DNA of 64,000 nt from the human T2T-CHM13v2.0 reference genome, Homo sapiens: NCBI RefSeq assembly GCF_009914755.1, contig NC_060937.1; one strand, written 5' to 3'. A program made the translations under genes and the position numbers. Of this stretch, positions 1 through 13,600 are shown piece after piece. The first letter of the stretch is position 1. Every line of letters begins with the position of its first letter. The notes under the pieces were generated by a model. It worked only from the letters and a program-made list of their open reading frames with translations, made no database searches and was not told where the DNA came from.

Positions 1-3000
1 TTCCATGCCACTCCACTGCACTCCAATCCACTCCACTCAAATCCATTCCACTCCACTCCATTCTGTTCTGTTTCATTCCATTGCTTTCCATTCCATTCCT
101 TTCCATTCCATTCAATTTCATTCCATTCCACTGCATTCCATTCCACTCCATTACACTCCACTCCACTCCACTCGAATCCACTCCACTCCACTCCATTCCA
201 CTACACTACACTCCATTCCATTCCATTCCATTCCACTGCAACTCCGATTCACTCCACTCCATTCCACTACACTACACTCCATTCCATTCCATTCCATTCC
301 ATTCCACTGCAACTCCGATTCACTCCACTGAATTCCAATCCACTTCACTCCATTGCATTCAATTCAATGCCACCCCACTCCTTTCCATTCAATTTATTTC
401 CATTCCATTCCGTTCCACTGCACTCCGATTAGCTCCGCTAAACTCCACTCCACTCCACTCCTCCCCGTTCCTTTCTGTTCCATTCCATTCCATTCCATTC
501 CAATCCGTACAATTCCATTCCATTCCACACCACTCAATTCCATACAACTCCATAGCACTCCACTCCACTCCAACTCACTCCAATCGACTCCACTCAACTC
601 CACTCCTCTCCACTCCACTGCACTCCATTCCACTCTGATCCCCTCCAGTCCACTCCACTCCATTCCATTCTGTTCCATTCCATTTCCTTTCGTTCTGTTC
701 CATTCATCTCCATTCCATTCCTTTCCATTCCACTCGATTCCACTCCACTAAATTCCACTCCACTCTATTCCACTCCACTCCACTCCATATCACTCCATTC
801 CATTTCACTCCACTTCATTACATTCTACTGCATTCCATTCAACTCCTTTATTTCCACTGGATGTCACTCTGTCACTCAAACTGGAGTGCAGTGGCACAAT
901 CTTAGCTCACATTTCATTTCACAATTCCATTCCATTCCATTCCATTTCATTCCATTCCTTTCCATTCCATTCCACTCTCTTCAACTCCAATCCACTACAC
1001 TCCATTCCACTTCTCTGCATCCCACTCCAGTACACTGGAATCCACTCCAATCCACTCCACTCCATTCCACTACCCTCTACTCCATTCCATTCCACTCCAT
1101 ACCACTTCATAACAATCCACTCCAATCCTTTCCACTCCACTCCACTCAATTCCACTGCAATCCACTCCAATCCATTCCATTCCATTCCAATCCACTCCAT
1201 TCCATTCCATTGCATTCCCTTCCAATCCACTCTACTCCATTCAATTTCGTTCCCCTCCAATCCTCTCCACTCCACTCCATTCCACTCAATTCCATTCCAC
1301 TCCACTCAATTCCATTCCATTCTACTCCATTCCACTCCACGCTACTCCACTCCACTCCACTCCACTCCACTTAATTTTATTCCATTCCATTCCATTCCAT
1401 TCCATTCCATTCCATTCCATACCATTCCACTCCACTCCACTCCAATCCAATCCGTTCCATTCCACTGCACTCTGATCCACTCCACTCAACTCCACTCCAT
1501 TCCACTTCATTCCATTTGATTCATTGCCACACCCCTCCTTTCCATTCTATTCCATTCCATTCCATTCCATTCCACTGCACTCCTATCCACTCCACTCAAC
1601 TCCCCTCCACTCCACTATTTTCCATTCCATTCCATTCCATTCCATTCCTTTCCATTCCATTCATTTCCATTCCATTCCATGCCACTCCATTCCATTCAAC
1701 TCCATTGAACTCTAATCCACTAAACTCCAATCCAATCCACTCCACTCCACTCCACTACGTTCCACTCCACTACACTCCACTACACTCCACTACTCTCCAC
1801 TCTGTTCCATTCCGTTCCTTTCCATTCCATTCTGTTCTGTTCTGTTACATTCCACTCCATTCCATTCCATTCCACTCCAATGCACTCCAATCCATTTCAC
1901 TGCATTCAACTCCATTCCACTCCACTCCAATCCACTTCACTCCATTCCATTCCGCTCCTTTGCATTCCATTCCACTCCATTCTATTCCATTCCATTCCAC
2001 TCCATTCAACTCCATTCACCTCCACTTCCTTTCTCTCCATTCTGTTCCACTACACTACACTCAATTCCCTTCCATTCCATTCCATTCCACTCCATTTCTT
2101 TCCATTCCATTCCACTCCATACCACTCCATTCCATTCTATTTCATTCCATTCCACTGTACTCCAATCCACACCACTTGACTCCACTGCAATCCACCCCAG
2201 TCCGTTCCATTTCGTTTCACTCCTTTCCCTTCCATTCCTCTCTATTCCATTCCAGTCCACTCCAATCCAATCCACTCCACTCCTTTCCATACCACTCCAT
2301 TCCATTCTAGTCCACTCCAATCACTCCATTCCATTGCATTCCACCCCATGCCACTCCATTCCACTCCACTCCATGCCACTGCACTCCATTCCATTCCAGT
2401 CCTCTCCATTACACTCCATTCCATTCCATTCCATTCTATTCTATTCCATTCCATTCCATTCCATTCCATTCCATTCCATTCCATTCCATTCCATTCTACT
2501 CTAGTTGGGTTGATTCCTTTCCTTTCACTTCCATTCCATTCCACTCCATTCCATTGTACTCCACCCCATTCCACTCCATTCCATTCCACTCCACTCCATT
2601 CCATTTCATTCCATTCCATTCCATTCCACTGCACTTCCTTCTACTCCACTCAACTCCACTACACACCACTCCATTCAATTTTGTTCCATTCCATTCCGTT
2701 CCATTCCACTTCATTCCACTCCACTACACTCAATTTTACTCCGCTCCATTTCACTCCATTCCACTCCATTCCACTCCACTCCACTCCATTCCATTCCACT
2801 CCACTCCATTCCACTCCTTTCCATTCCATTCCATTCCATTCCATTCCGTTCCATTCCATTCCATTCCATTCCATTCCATTCCGTTCCGTTCCATTCCACT
2901 CCATTCCACTCTGTTCCATTCCATTCCACTCCATTCCACTCTGTTCCATTCCTTTCCCTTCCACTGCACTCCTATCCACTCGACTCAACTCCACTCCACT

Positions 3001-4630
3001 GCACTCCACTCCGTTCCACTCCCTTCAATTCCATTCCGTTGCGTTCCATTCCATTCCATTCCATTCCATTCCACTCCAATCCATTGCATTCCACACCATT
3101 CCACTCCACTCCTTTCCCTTCCACTCCTTTCAACTCCTTTCCACTCCATTCTATTCCATTCCTTTCCACTCCTTTCCATTCCATTCCATTACACTCCACT
3201 CCATTCCATTCCATTCCACTCCATTCAATTTGATTCCTGTATTTCGGGTGGATCTCACTCTGTCACACAGAGATTAGTGCAATATCACAATCTTAGCTCA
3301 CATTTCATTTCACCATTCCATTCAACACCACTCCATTACATTCTACTGCACTCCATTCCACTCCACTCCACTCCATTTAACTCCACTCCACTCCACTCCA
3401 TTCCATTCCATTCCATTCTATTTAATTCCACTGCACTCTGATACACTCCACTCAACTCCACTCTACTCCACTCCACTACACTACGTTCCATTCCATTCAT
3501 TTTCCTTCCGTTCCATTCTGTTCCACTCCAGTCCATTACATTCCACTCCACTCCTTTCCAGTCCATTCCATTCCATTCCACTCGACTCCACTCCACTCCA
3601 CTTCTTTCCATTAAATTCCATTCCATTCCACTGCACTCTGATCCACTCCACTCATTTCCACTCCATTTCACTCCACTCTGTTCCGTTCCATTCCAATCTC
3701 TTCCATTCCAGTCCATTCCATTCCATTCCACTGAATTCTGCTCCATTCCACTCAATTCCATTGCACTCCGTTCCACTCCATTCCACTCTATGTTATTCCA
3801 GTCCATTCCTCTCCTTTCCATTCCCTTTCTGTCCACTGCATTCAACTCCAGTCCACTCCACTCCATTCCACTCCTCTCCACTCCATTCCACTGCATTCCA
3901 CTCCACTCCATTCCACTCCTCTCCACTCCATTCCACTCCATTCCATTGCAATCCCCTCCATTCCATTCCGTTCCTTTATATCGAATGGATCTCACTCTGT
4001 AACTCAGACTTAAGTGCAGTGGCACAATCTTAGCTCACATTTTATTTCACCATTCCATTCCATTCCATTCCATTCCATTCCATTCCATTCCATTCCATTC
4101 CACTCTACTCCATTCAATTCCACTCCATTCCACTCCATGCCACTCCACTCCTCTTCACTCCACTCCATTCCACTCCATTCCATTCCATTCCACTGAACTC
4201 CAATCCACACCACTCAACTCCACTTGACTCCACTCTACTCCATTCCATTCCGTTTCATTCCTTTCCATTCCATTCATTTCCATTCCACTCCATTATATTC
4301 CGCTCCACTCCATTCTACTCCACTCCACTCCATTCTACTCCACTCCTCTCCATTCCATTCCATTTCTCTCCACTCCACTTCATTCCGTGCTATTCCATTC
4401 CATTCCATTCCATTCCTTTCCCCTTCACTCCATTCCATTCCACTCCACTCCACACCACTTTACTCCGTTACCTTCCTTTCCATTCAATTCCGTTCCACTC
4501 CGTTCCATTCCGTTCAATTCTATTCCGTTCCACTCTACTCCAGTCCACTCCATTCCGTTTCACTCCATTCCGCTCCATTCCATTCCACTCCACTCCACTC
4601 CATTTCATTCTACTCCATTCCATTCCATTC

Positions 4631-4694
4631 CTTTATTTATAATGGATCTCACTCTGTCAGCCAGACTGGAGTGCAGTGGCACAATCTTAGCTCA
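4631..4694 (-). mobile_element. Representative 64-bp Alu-derived cassette
   Basis: ctttatttataatggatctcactctgtcagccagactggagtgcagtggcacaatcttagctca, followed by the conserved linker catttcatttcac. Confidence 0.9.
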
Positions 4695-7600
4695 CATTTC
4701 ATTTCACCATTCCACTCCATTCCATTCCATTCCTTTCCATTCCATTCAATCCACGTCACTCCACTCCATTCCATTCCACTCCACTTCACTCCGCTCCACT
4801 CAACTCTGCTGCACTCCTTTCCATTCCCATCCACTCCATTCCGTTCCACTCCATTCCATTCCACTCCACTCCACTCCATTCTATTCCAATCCTTTCTATA
4901 CAAGTACATTCCACTCCAATTCACTCCACTCCACTCCACTCAACTCCACTGCACTCCTTTCCATTCCCCTCCACTCCATTCCATTCCACTCCATTCCATT
5001 CCACTCCACTCCACTCCATTCTATTCCAATCCTTTCTATACCATTACATTCCACTCCACTTCTATCCCTTCCAAGTCACTCCACTCCATTCAACTCCACT
5101 CCTTTCAATTACATTCAATTCCACTGAACTCCTTTCAATTCCATTCCATTCATTTCCATTCCATTCCAAACCATTCCATTCATTTCCATTCCATTGCATT
5201 CCATTCCATTCCATTCCATTCCATTCCACTGCCTTCCACTCCATTCCATTCCATTCCAATCCACTAAATTCTATTCCACTCCAATCCACTCCATTCCATT
5301 CCAATCCAAACCATTCCATTCCTTTTGATTGCATTCCATTCATTCCACTCCACTCCATTCCATTCCATTTCACTCCATTTCTTTCCATTCCACACCATTT
5401 CATTCCATTCCACTCCACTCCACTCCACACCAATCCACTCCACTGCATTCCATTCAATTCTGTTCCATTCCATTCCACTCCAGTCCTCTCCATTCCATTC
5501 CATTTCAATACACTCCGATCCACTGCACTCAACTCCACTCCATTACACTCTATCCCGTTCCGTTCCGTTCCATTCCATTCCATTCCATTCAGTTCTGTTC
5601 CATTATATTCCATTCCACTCCAATCCATTCCACTCCACTCCATTTCACTCCTTTCCACTCAATTCTACTCCACATCACTCCAGTCCACTCCATTCCATTC
5701 CATTCCATTCCACTCCACTCCACTTCATTCCATTCCATTCAATATTGTTCCATTCCATTCCACTGCACTCCGATTCACTGCATTGAACTCCAATCCACTC
5801 CACTCCACTTGGTTCTGTTCCGTTCTATTCCATTCCATTCCATTCCATTCCATTCCATTTAATTCCATTCCATTCCACTCCACTCCAGTCCACTCCACTC
5901 CACTCCATTCCTCTCCACTCCACTCCATTCCACTTCATTCCTTTCCATTCCACTGCACTCCAATCCTCTCAACTCCACTCCACCCCACTCTGCTACGTTC
6001 CGTTAGTTTCCATTCCATTCTGTTCCATTCCATTCCACCTCATTCCATTCCACTCCACTCCATCCCACTCCATTTCACTTCACTCCACTCCACTGCACTC
6101 AACTCCCCTCCATTCCATACGACTCATTTCCATTCATTTCCACTCCACTCCATTCCTCTCCATTCCACTCCATTCCACTCCACTCCACTCTACTCCTCTC
6201 CATTCCACTCCTCTCCATTCCATTTCATTCCACTCCTCTCTATTCCATTCCACTCCATTCCATTTCACTCCACTGTACTCCATTCTATGCCACTCCACTC
6301 CACTCCATTCCATTCCATTCTACTCCACTCCATTCCATTCCACTTCACTCCACTCCACTCTATTCCATTCCATTCCACTCCACTCCACTCCATTCCATTC
6401 CACTCCACTCCACTCCATTCCATTCCATTACATACCATTCCGTTGCATTCCATTCCACTTCACTCCACTCCATTCCATTCCATTCCATTCCGTTCCATTC
6501 CACTGCACTCCAATTAATTCCACACAACTCCACTCCATTCCACTCCACTGCACTCCATTCTGTTCTGTTCTATTCTATACCGTGCCATTCCATTCCATTC
6601 TATTCCATTCCATTCTATTACACTTCACTGCATTCCATTCCACTCCATTCCATTCTACTCCAATCCACTCCACTCCACTGCATTCCAGTCCACTTGACTC
6701 CACTCCACTCCATTGCATTCCATCCCGTTCCATTCTGTTACTTTCCATTCCATTCCACTCCACTCCATTTCACTCCATTACACTCCATTCAACTTCACAC
6801 CACCCAACTCAACTCCACTCCTTTCCATTCAATTCCTCTCCACTCCATTCCAGTCCATTCCACTGCACTCAGATCCACTGAACGCAACTCCACTCCACTC
6901 CACTCTGTTCTGTTCCGTTCCATTCCATTCCATTCCATTCCATTTAATTCCATTCCATTCCACTCCACTGCATTCCACTCCATTCCATTCCACTCCACTC
7001 CTCTCCATTCCACTCCAATCACTTCCATTTCACTGCACTCTGATCCACTCCAATCAACTCCACTCCATTCCAATCAACTCCACTCCACTCCATTCATGTC
7101 CATTCCACTCCGTTTTTTCCCTTCCGTTCCATTGTGTTCCACTCCGTTCCATTCCACTCCACTGCATTCCACTCCATTCCTCTCCATTTCACTTCACTCA
7201 GCTCCACTTCATTCCATTCCACTCCTCTTCATTCTACTCCATTTCATTCCACTCCACTCCACTCCATTCCATTCTACTTCACTCCATTCCATTCAATTCC
7301 ACTCCACTCCAATCCATTCCATTCCATTCAGTTCCACTCCACTCCATGCCATTCCACTACACTCCATTCCCTTCCATTCCATTCCATTCCATTCCATTCC
7401 ATTCCATTCCATTCGAATCCATTCCATTCCATTCCTTTCCATTCCACTGTCCTCCAATCCACTCCACTCAACTCCACTACACTCCACTACACTCCGTTAC
7501 ATTCCTTTCCATTCCATTCCTTTCCATTGCATTCCACTAAATTCCATTCCATTCCCCACCTCTACATTGCATTCCATTCCACATCATTCCGTTTCATTCC

Positions 7601-10600
7601 ACTACATTCCATTTCATACCACTAGATTCCATTACATTCCACTACACTCAACTCCACTGCACTCCACTCCACTCAGTTACATTCCATTCCATTGCATTCT
7701 GTTCCTTTCCATTCCAATTCATTCCATTCCAATGCTTTCCACTCCACTCCATTCCATTCCACTCCATTCCATTCCTCTCCCCTCCACTCCACTCCGCTCC
7801 ACTCCAGTCCACTCCACTCTACTGTACTACACTTTGTTCCATTCCGTTCCTTTCTGTTCTGTTCCATTCCGTTCCATTCCACTCCATTCCATTCCACTCC
7901 ACTCCACTCCCCTCCATTTCTCTCCATTCCACTTCATTCAATTCCACTCCATTCCATTCCATTGCACTCCACTCCATTCCATTCCATTCCTTTGCTTTCC
8001 ATTCCATGCCATTCCACTGCACTCCAATCCACTCCACTCAACTCCACTCTACTCCACTCCACTCTGTTCTGTTCTATTTCACTCCTTTCTGTTGCATTCC
8101 ATTCCATTTCATTCCATTCCATTAAACTCCACTCCATTCCATTCCATTCCACTCCTCTCCACTCCACTCCACTCAAATCCACTCCACTACACTCCATTCC
8201 ACTCCACTACACTCCATTGCATTCCATTCCGTTCAATTCTACTTCACTCCCATCCTCTCCACTCAACTCCACTCCACTCCACTCCATTCAATGCCACCCC
8301 ACTCGTTTCCATTCCATTTAATTCCATTCCATTCCATTCCACTGCACTCCGATTAAGTCCACTCAACTCCACTCCTCTCCGTTCCATTCTGTTCCATTCC
8401 ATTCCGTTCCATTCCATTCCAATCCATACAATTCCATGCCATTCCATGCCCTTCCATTCCATGCAATTCCGTAGTACTCCACTCCACTCCAATCCACTCC
8501 AAACGACTCCACTGAATTCCACTCCTCTCCTCTCCACTCCACTCCATTCCACTCCGATCACCTCCGCTTCACTCCATTCCACTCCGTTCCATTCTGTTCC
8601 ATTCCATTTCCTTCGTTCTGTTCCATTCCACTCCATTCCATTCCTTTCCATTCCACTCCATTCCACTCCACTAAATTCCACTCCACTCCATTCCACTCCT
8701 CTAAATTCCACTCCACTGCATTCCACTCCACTCCACACCATGTCCCTCTATTCCATTGCACTCCACTTCATTCCATTCTACTCCATTCCATTCCACTCCT
8801 TTATTTCGACTGGATGTTACTCTGCCACTCAGACTGGAGTGCAGTAGCATAACCTTAGCTCATATTTCATTTCACAATTCCATTCCGTTCCATTCCATTT
8901 CATTCCATTCCATTCCATTACACGCTCCTCCACTCCATTCCACTCCACTCCATTCCACTCCACTCCACTGGATTCCACTTAAATCCACTCCACTCCATTC
9001 CATTACCCTCTACTCCATTCCATTCCATTCTATTCCACTCCACTCCACTTCAATCCATTCCACTCCAATCCATTCCATTCTGTTCCATTGCATTCCATTC
9101 CACTCCTTTCCACTCCATTCCATTTCATTCCACTCCATTCCTCTCCACTCCACTCCATTCCACTCAATTCCATTCCACTCCCGTCAATTCCATTCCATTC
9201 TACTCCATTCCACTACATTCCACTCCACTCTACTCCAATCCACTCCACTACACTCAATTTAATTCCATTCCATTCCATTCCTTTCCATTCAATTCCACTC
9301 CTCTCCACTGCATTCCATTCCATTCTATTCCATTGCACTCTGATCCACTCCACTCAACTCCACTCCATTCCCCTCCACTTCATTCCATTCGATTCAATGC
9401 CACACCACTCCTTTCCATTCCATTCCACTCCATTCCTTTCCATTCCATTCCATTCCGTTCCATTCCATTCCTTTCCACTGCACTCCTTTCCACTCCACTC
9501 CACTCCTCTCCATTCCGTTCTGTTCCATTCAATTCCATTCCATTGCATTCCATTACATGCTGTTGAATTCCATTCCATTCCATGCCACTCCATTCCCTTC
9601 AACTCCATTGAACTCCTCTCCACTCCACTAAACTCCCATCCACTCCACTCCACTATGTTCCATTCCACTCCACTCCGTTCCATTCTGTTCTGTTCCATTC
9701 CACTCCATTCCATTCCATTCTACTCCAATCCATTTCACTCCATTCAACTCCATTCCACTCCACTCCACTTCACTCCATTACATTCTGCTCCATTCCATTC
9801 CATTCCACTCCATTCTATTCCATTCCATGTCACTCTGTTCAACTCCATTCAGCTCCACTTCATTTCATTCCACTCCATTCCACTACATTACACTCCATTC
9901 CCTTCCATGCCATTCCATTCCACTCCAATTCATTCCATTCCATTCCACTCCATTCCACTCCACTCCACTGCACTCCAGTCCACTCCATTGCATTGTGTTC
10001 CATTCCTTTCCACTGCACTCCACTCCACTCGACTCCACTCCATTCTGTTCCATTCCATTCCATTCCATTCCACTGCACTCTAGTCGACTTCATTGCATTG
10101 TGTTCTATTCCTTTCCACTGCACTCCAATCCACTCCACTCGACTCCACTCCACTCCACTCCGTTCCATTCCATTCCATTCCTTTCCCTTCCATTCCTCTC
10201 CATTCCATTCCACTCTAATCCACTCCACTCCATGCTTTTCCATTCCACTCTCTTCCATTCTATTCCATTCCATTCCATTCCATTCCATTCCACCCCATTC
10301 CAATCCACTCCATTCCACTGCAATCCATTCCATTCCACTCCACTCCATTACACTCCATTCCATTCCATTCCATTCCATTCCATTCCATTCCACTCCACTC
10401 CACTCCATTCCATTCCACTCCATTCCATTCCATTCAACTCCACTACATTCCACTCCACTCCTTTCCACTGCACCCACTCCATTCCACTCCATTCCATTCC
10501 ACTCCACTCCATTCCATTACATTTTATTCCACTGCATTCCATTCCTTTATTTCGACTGGATCTCACTCTGTCACCGAAATGGAGTGCAGTTGCACAAACT

Positions 10601-13600
10601 TAGCTCACATTTCATGTCATCATTCCAATCCGTTCCATTCCATTCCATTCCATTCCATTCCGTTCCATTCCATTCCACTCCACTCCACTCCATTCCATTA
10701 CATTCCACTCCACTACACTAAACTCCACTGCCCTCCACTGCAGTCCACTGCATTCCAGTCAACTCCACTCCATTCCACTCCTCTCTGTTCCATTCCTTTC
10801 CATTCCATTCCATTCCTTTCTGTTCCATTCCTCCCCATTTCACTCCATGACATTCCATTCCACTCCAATCCACTCCACTCCACTCCACTCCATTCCATTA
10901 GACTCCATTCTATTCCATTAAACTCAATTCCATTCCATTCCTTTCCACTCCATTCCACTTCATTCTATTCCATTCCAGTGCAGTTCTCTCCACTCCACTC
11001 CATTACACTCCACTCCATTCCTCTCCACTAAACTCCATTTCACTCCTTTGCATTCCACTCCAATGCATTTCATTCCGTTTTAATCCATTCCATTCCATTC
11101 CTTTATTTCGACTGGGTCTTACCTTGTCACGCAGACTGGACTGCGGTGGCACAATCTTAGCTCACATTTCATGTTACCTTTCCATTGTATTGCATTCTAT
11201 TCCATTCTGTTCCTTTCCATTCCATTCCACTTCACTCCTTTCCATTCCATTCCACTGCACTCCACTCAGCTCCACTCCAATGCACTCCACTGCATTCCAG
11301 TCCACTCCACTCCATTCCATCACACTCTGTTCCATTCCACTCCACTCCCCTCCGTTCCACTCCAGTCCACTCCATGCCATTACACTACACACCACTCCAT
11401 TCCATTCCATTTCATTCCACTTCAATCCATTCCATTCCACTCCACTACATTCTACTGCGCTCCACTCCTCTCCACTCCATTCCATTCAATTGCACCCCAT
11501 TCCATTCAAATCCACTCCTTTCCATTCCATTCCATTCCACTGCACTCCCATCCACTCGACTCAACTCCACTCCACTGGAGTCCACTCCATTCCTTTCCGC
11601 TCAATTCCATTCTGTTGCATTCCATTCCATTCTGTTCCATTCCGTTCCATTCCACTCCAATCCATTCCATTCCAAACCATTCCACTCCACTCCACCACAC
11701 TCCACTCCACTCCACTCCATTCCATTCCATTCCATTACACTGCACTTCATTCCACTCCACTCCACTCCACTCCACACCACTCCACCCCACTCTTTTCCAT
11801 TCTGATCCATTCCATTCCGTTCCATTCCACTTCATTCCATTCCACTCCACTCAATTTCACTCCACTTCATTTCACTCCATTCCACTCCATTCCACTCCAT
11901 TCCACTGCACTCCACTCCACTCCGCTCCACTCCATTCCATTCCAACCCATTCCATTCCATTCCACTCCACTCCATTCCATTCCATTCCACTCCACTCCAC
12001 TCCTCTGCACTCCACTCCTCTCCGCTCCATTCCATTCCATTCCACTAAATTACATTCCATTCCAGTCCATTCCACTGCACTCCGATCCTTTCAACTCAAC
12101 TCCACTCCACTCCACTCTGTTCCATTCCCTTCAATTCCATTCCATTGCATTCCATTCCATTCCGTTCCTTTCCATTCCATTCCACTCCAATCAATTCCAT
12201 TCCACACCGTTCCACTCCACTCCACTCTGTTCCATTCCCTTCAATTCCATTCCGTTCCATTCCATTCCATTCCGTTCCTTTCCACTCTGTTCCATTCCAC
12301 TCCACTCCATTCCATTCCACTCCATTTCACTCCATTCCACTCCTTTCCACTCCACTGCAATCCACTCCACTCCACAGCACTCCACTCCTTTTCATTCCAT
12401 TCCTTTCCACTGCACTCTGAACCACTCCACTCCACTCCAATCCACTCCAATCCAATCTGGTCCACTCTGTTCAGTTCCGTTCCATTCCTTTCCATTCCAC
12501 TCCATTCCATTACAATCCACTCCATTCCATTTCACTGCATTCCATTTCCCTCCACTCCATTCTACTACATTCCATTCCATTCCACTCCATTCCATTCTAT
12601 TCCATTCCACTCCATTCCACTCCACGCCATTCCACTAAACTCCATTTCACTCCATGGCACTTCATTCCACTCCAAGCCACTCCACTCTACCTTATTCCAT
12701 TCCACTACACTTCATTCCATTCCGTTCATTCTATTCCTTTCCACTGCCCTCCGATCCACTCCACTGAACTCCACTCTACTCCACTGCGTTCCATTCCATT
12801 CTATTCCATTCATTTCCATTTCATTCCATTCTGTTCCATTCCATTCCATTCCACTCCACTCTATTCCATTACACTCCGTTCCACTCCACTCCAATCCACT
12901 CCACTCCATTCCATTCCATTCCATTCCATTCCATTCCATTCCATTCCATTCCATTCCACTGCACTCCAATCCACTTCTGAAAACTCCATTACGATGCACT
13001 CCACTGCACTCCGTTCCATTCTGTTCCATTCCATTCGACTTCATTCCACTCAACTCCGCTCCATTCCACTCTACTCCATTCCATTGCATTCAACTCCATT
13101 CCATTCCATTCGATTCCACTCCATTCCACTCCATTCAATTCCACTCCACTCCATTCCATTCCACTCCACTCCATTCCATTCCAATCCTTTATTTCAATTG
13201 GATCTCACTCTGTCACCCAGACTGGAATGCAGTGGCACAATCATAGCTCACATTTCATTTCACCATTCCATTCCATTCCACTTCAGTCCACTCCCCTCCA
13301 CTCAACTCCACACAACTCCACTCCATTCCATTCCAATCCACTTCACTCCATTCCATTCCATTCCATTCCATTCCATTCCTCTCCACTCCATTCCATTCCA
13401 CTCCATTCCACTGCAATCCACTTCACTCCACTTGACTCTACTACATTCCATTCCATTCCACTGCACTCTGATCCACTCCACTCAACTCCACTACACTCCA
13501 CTACTCTACACTCCATTCCATTCTGTTCCATTCCATTTCATTTTAATCCTTTCCATTCCACGACACTCCATTCCACTCCACTCCATTTCACTCCATTCCA

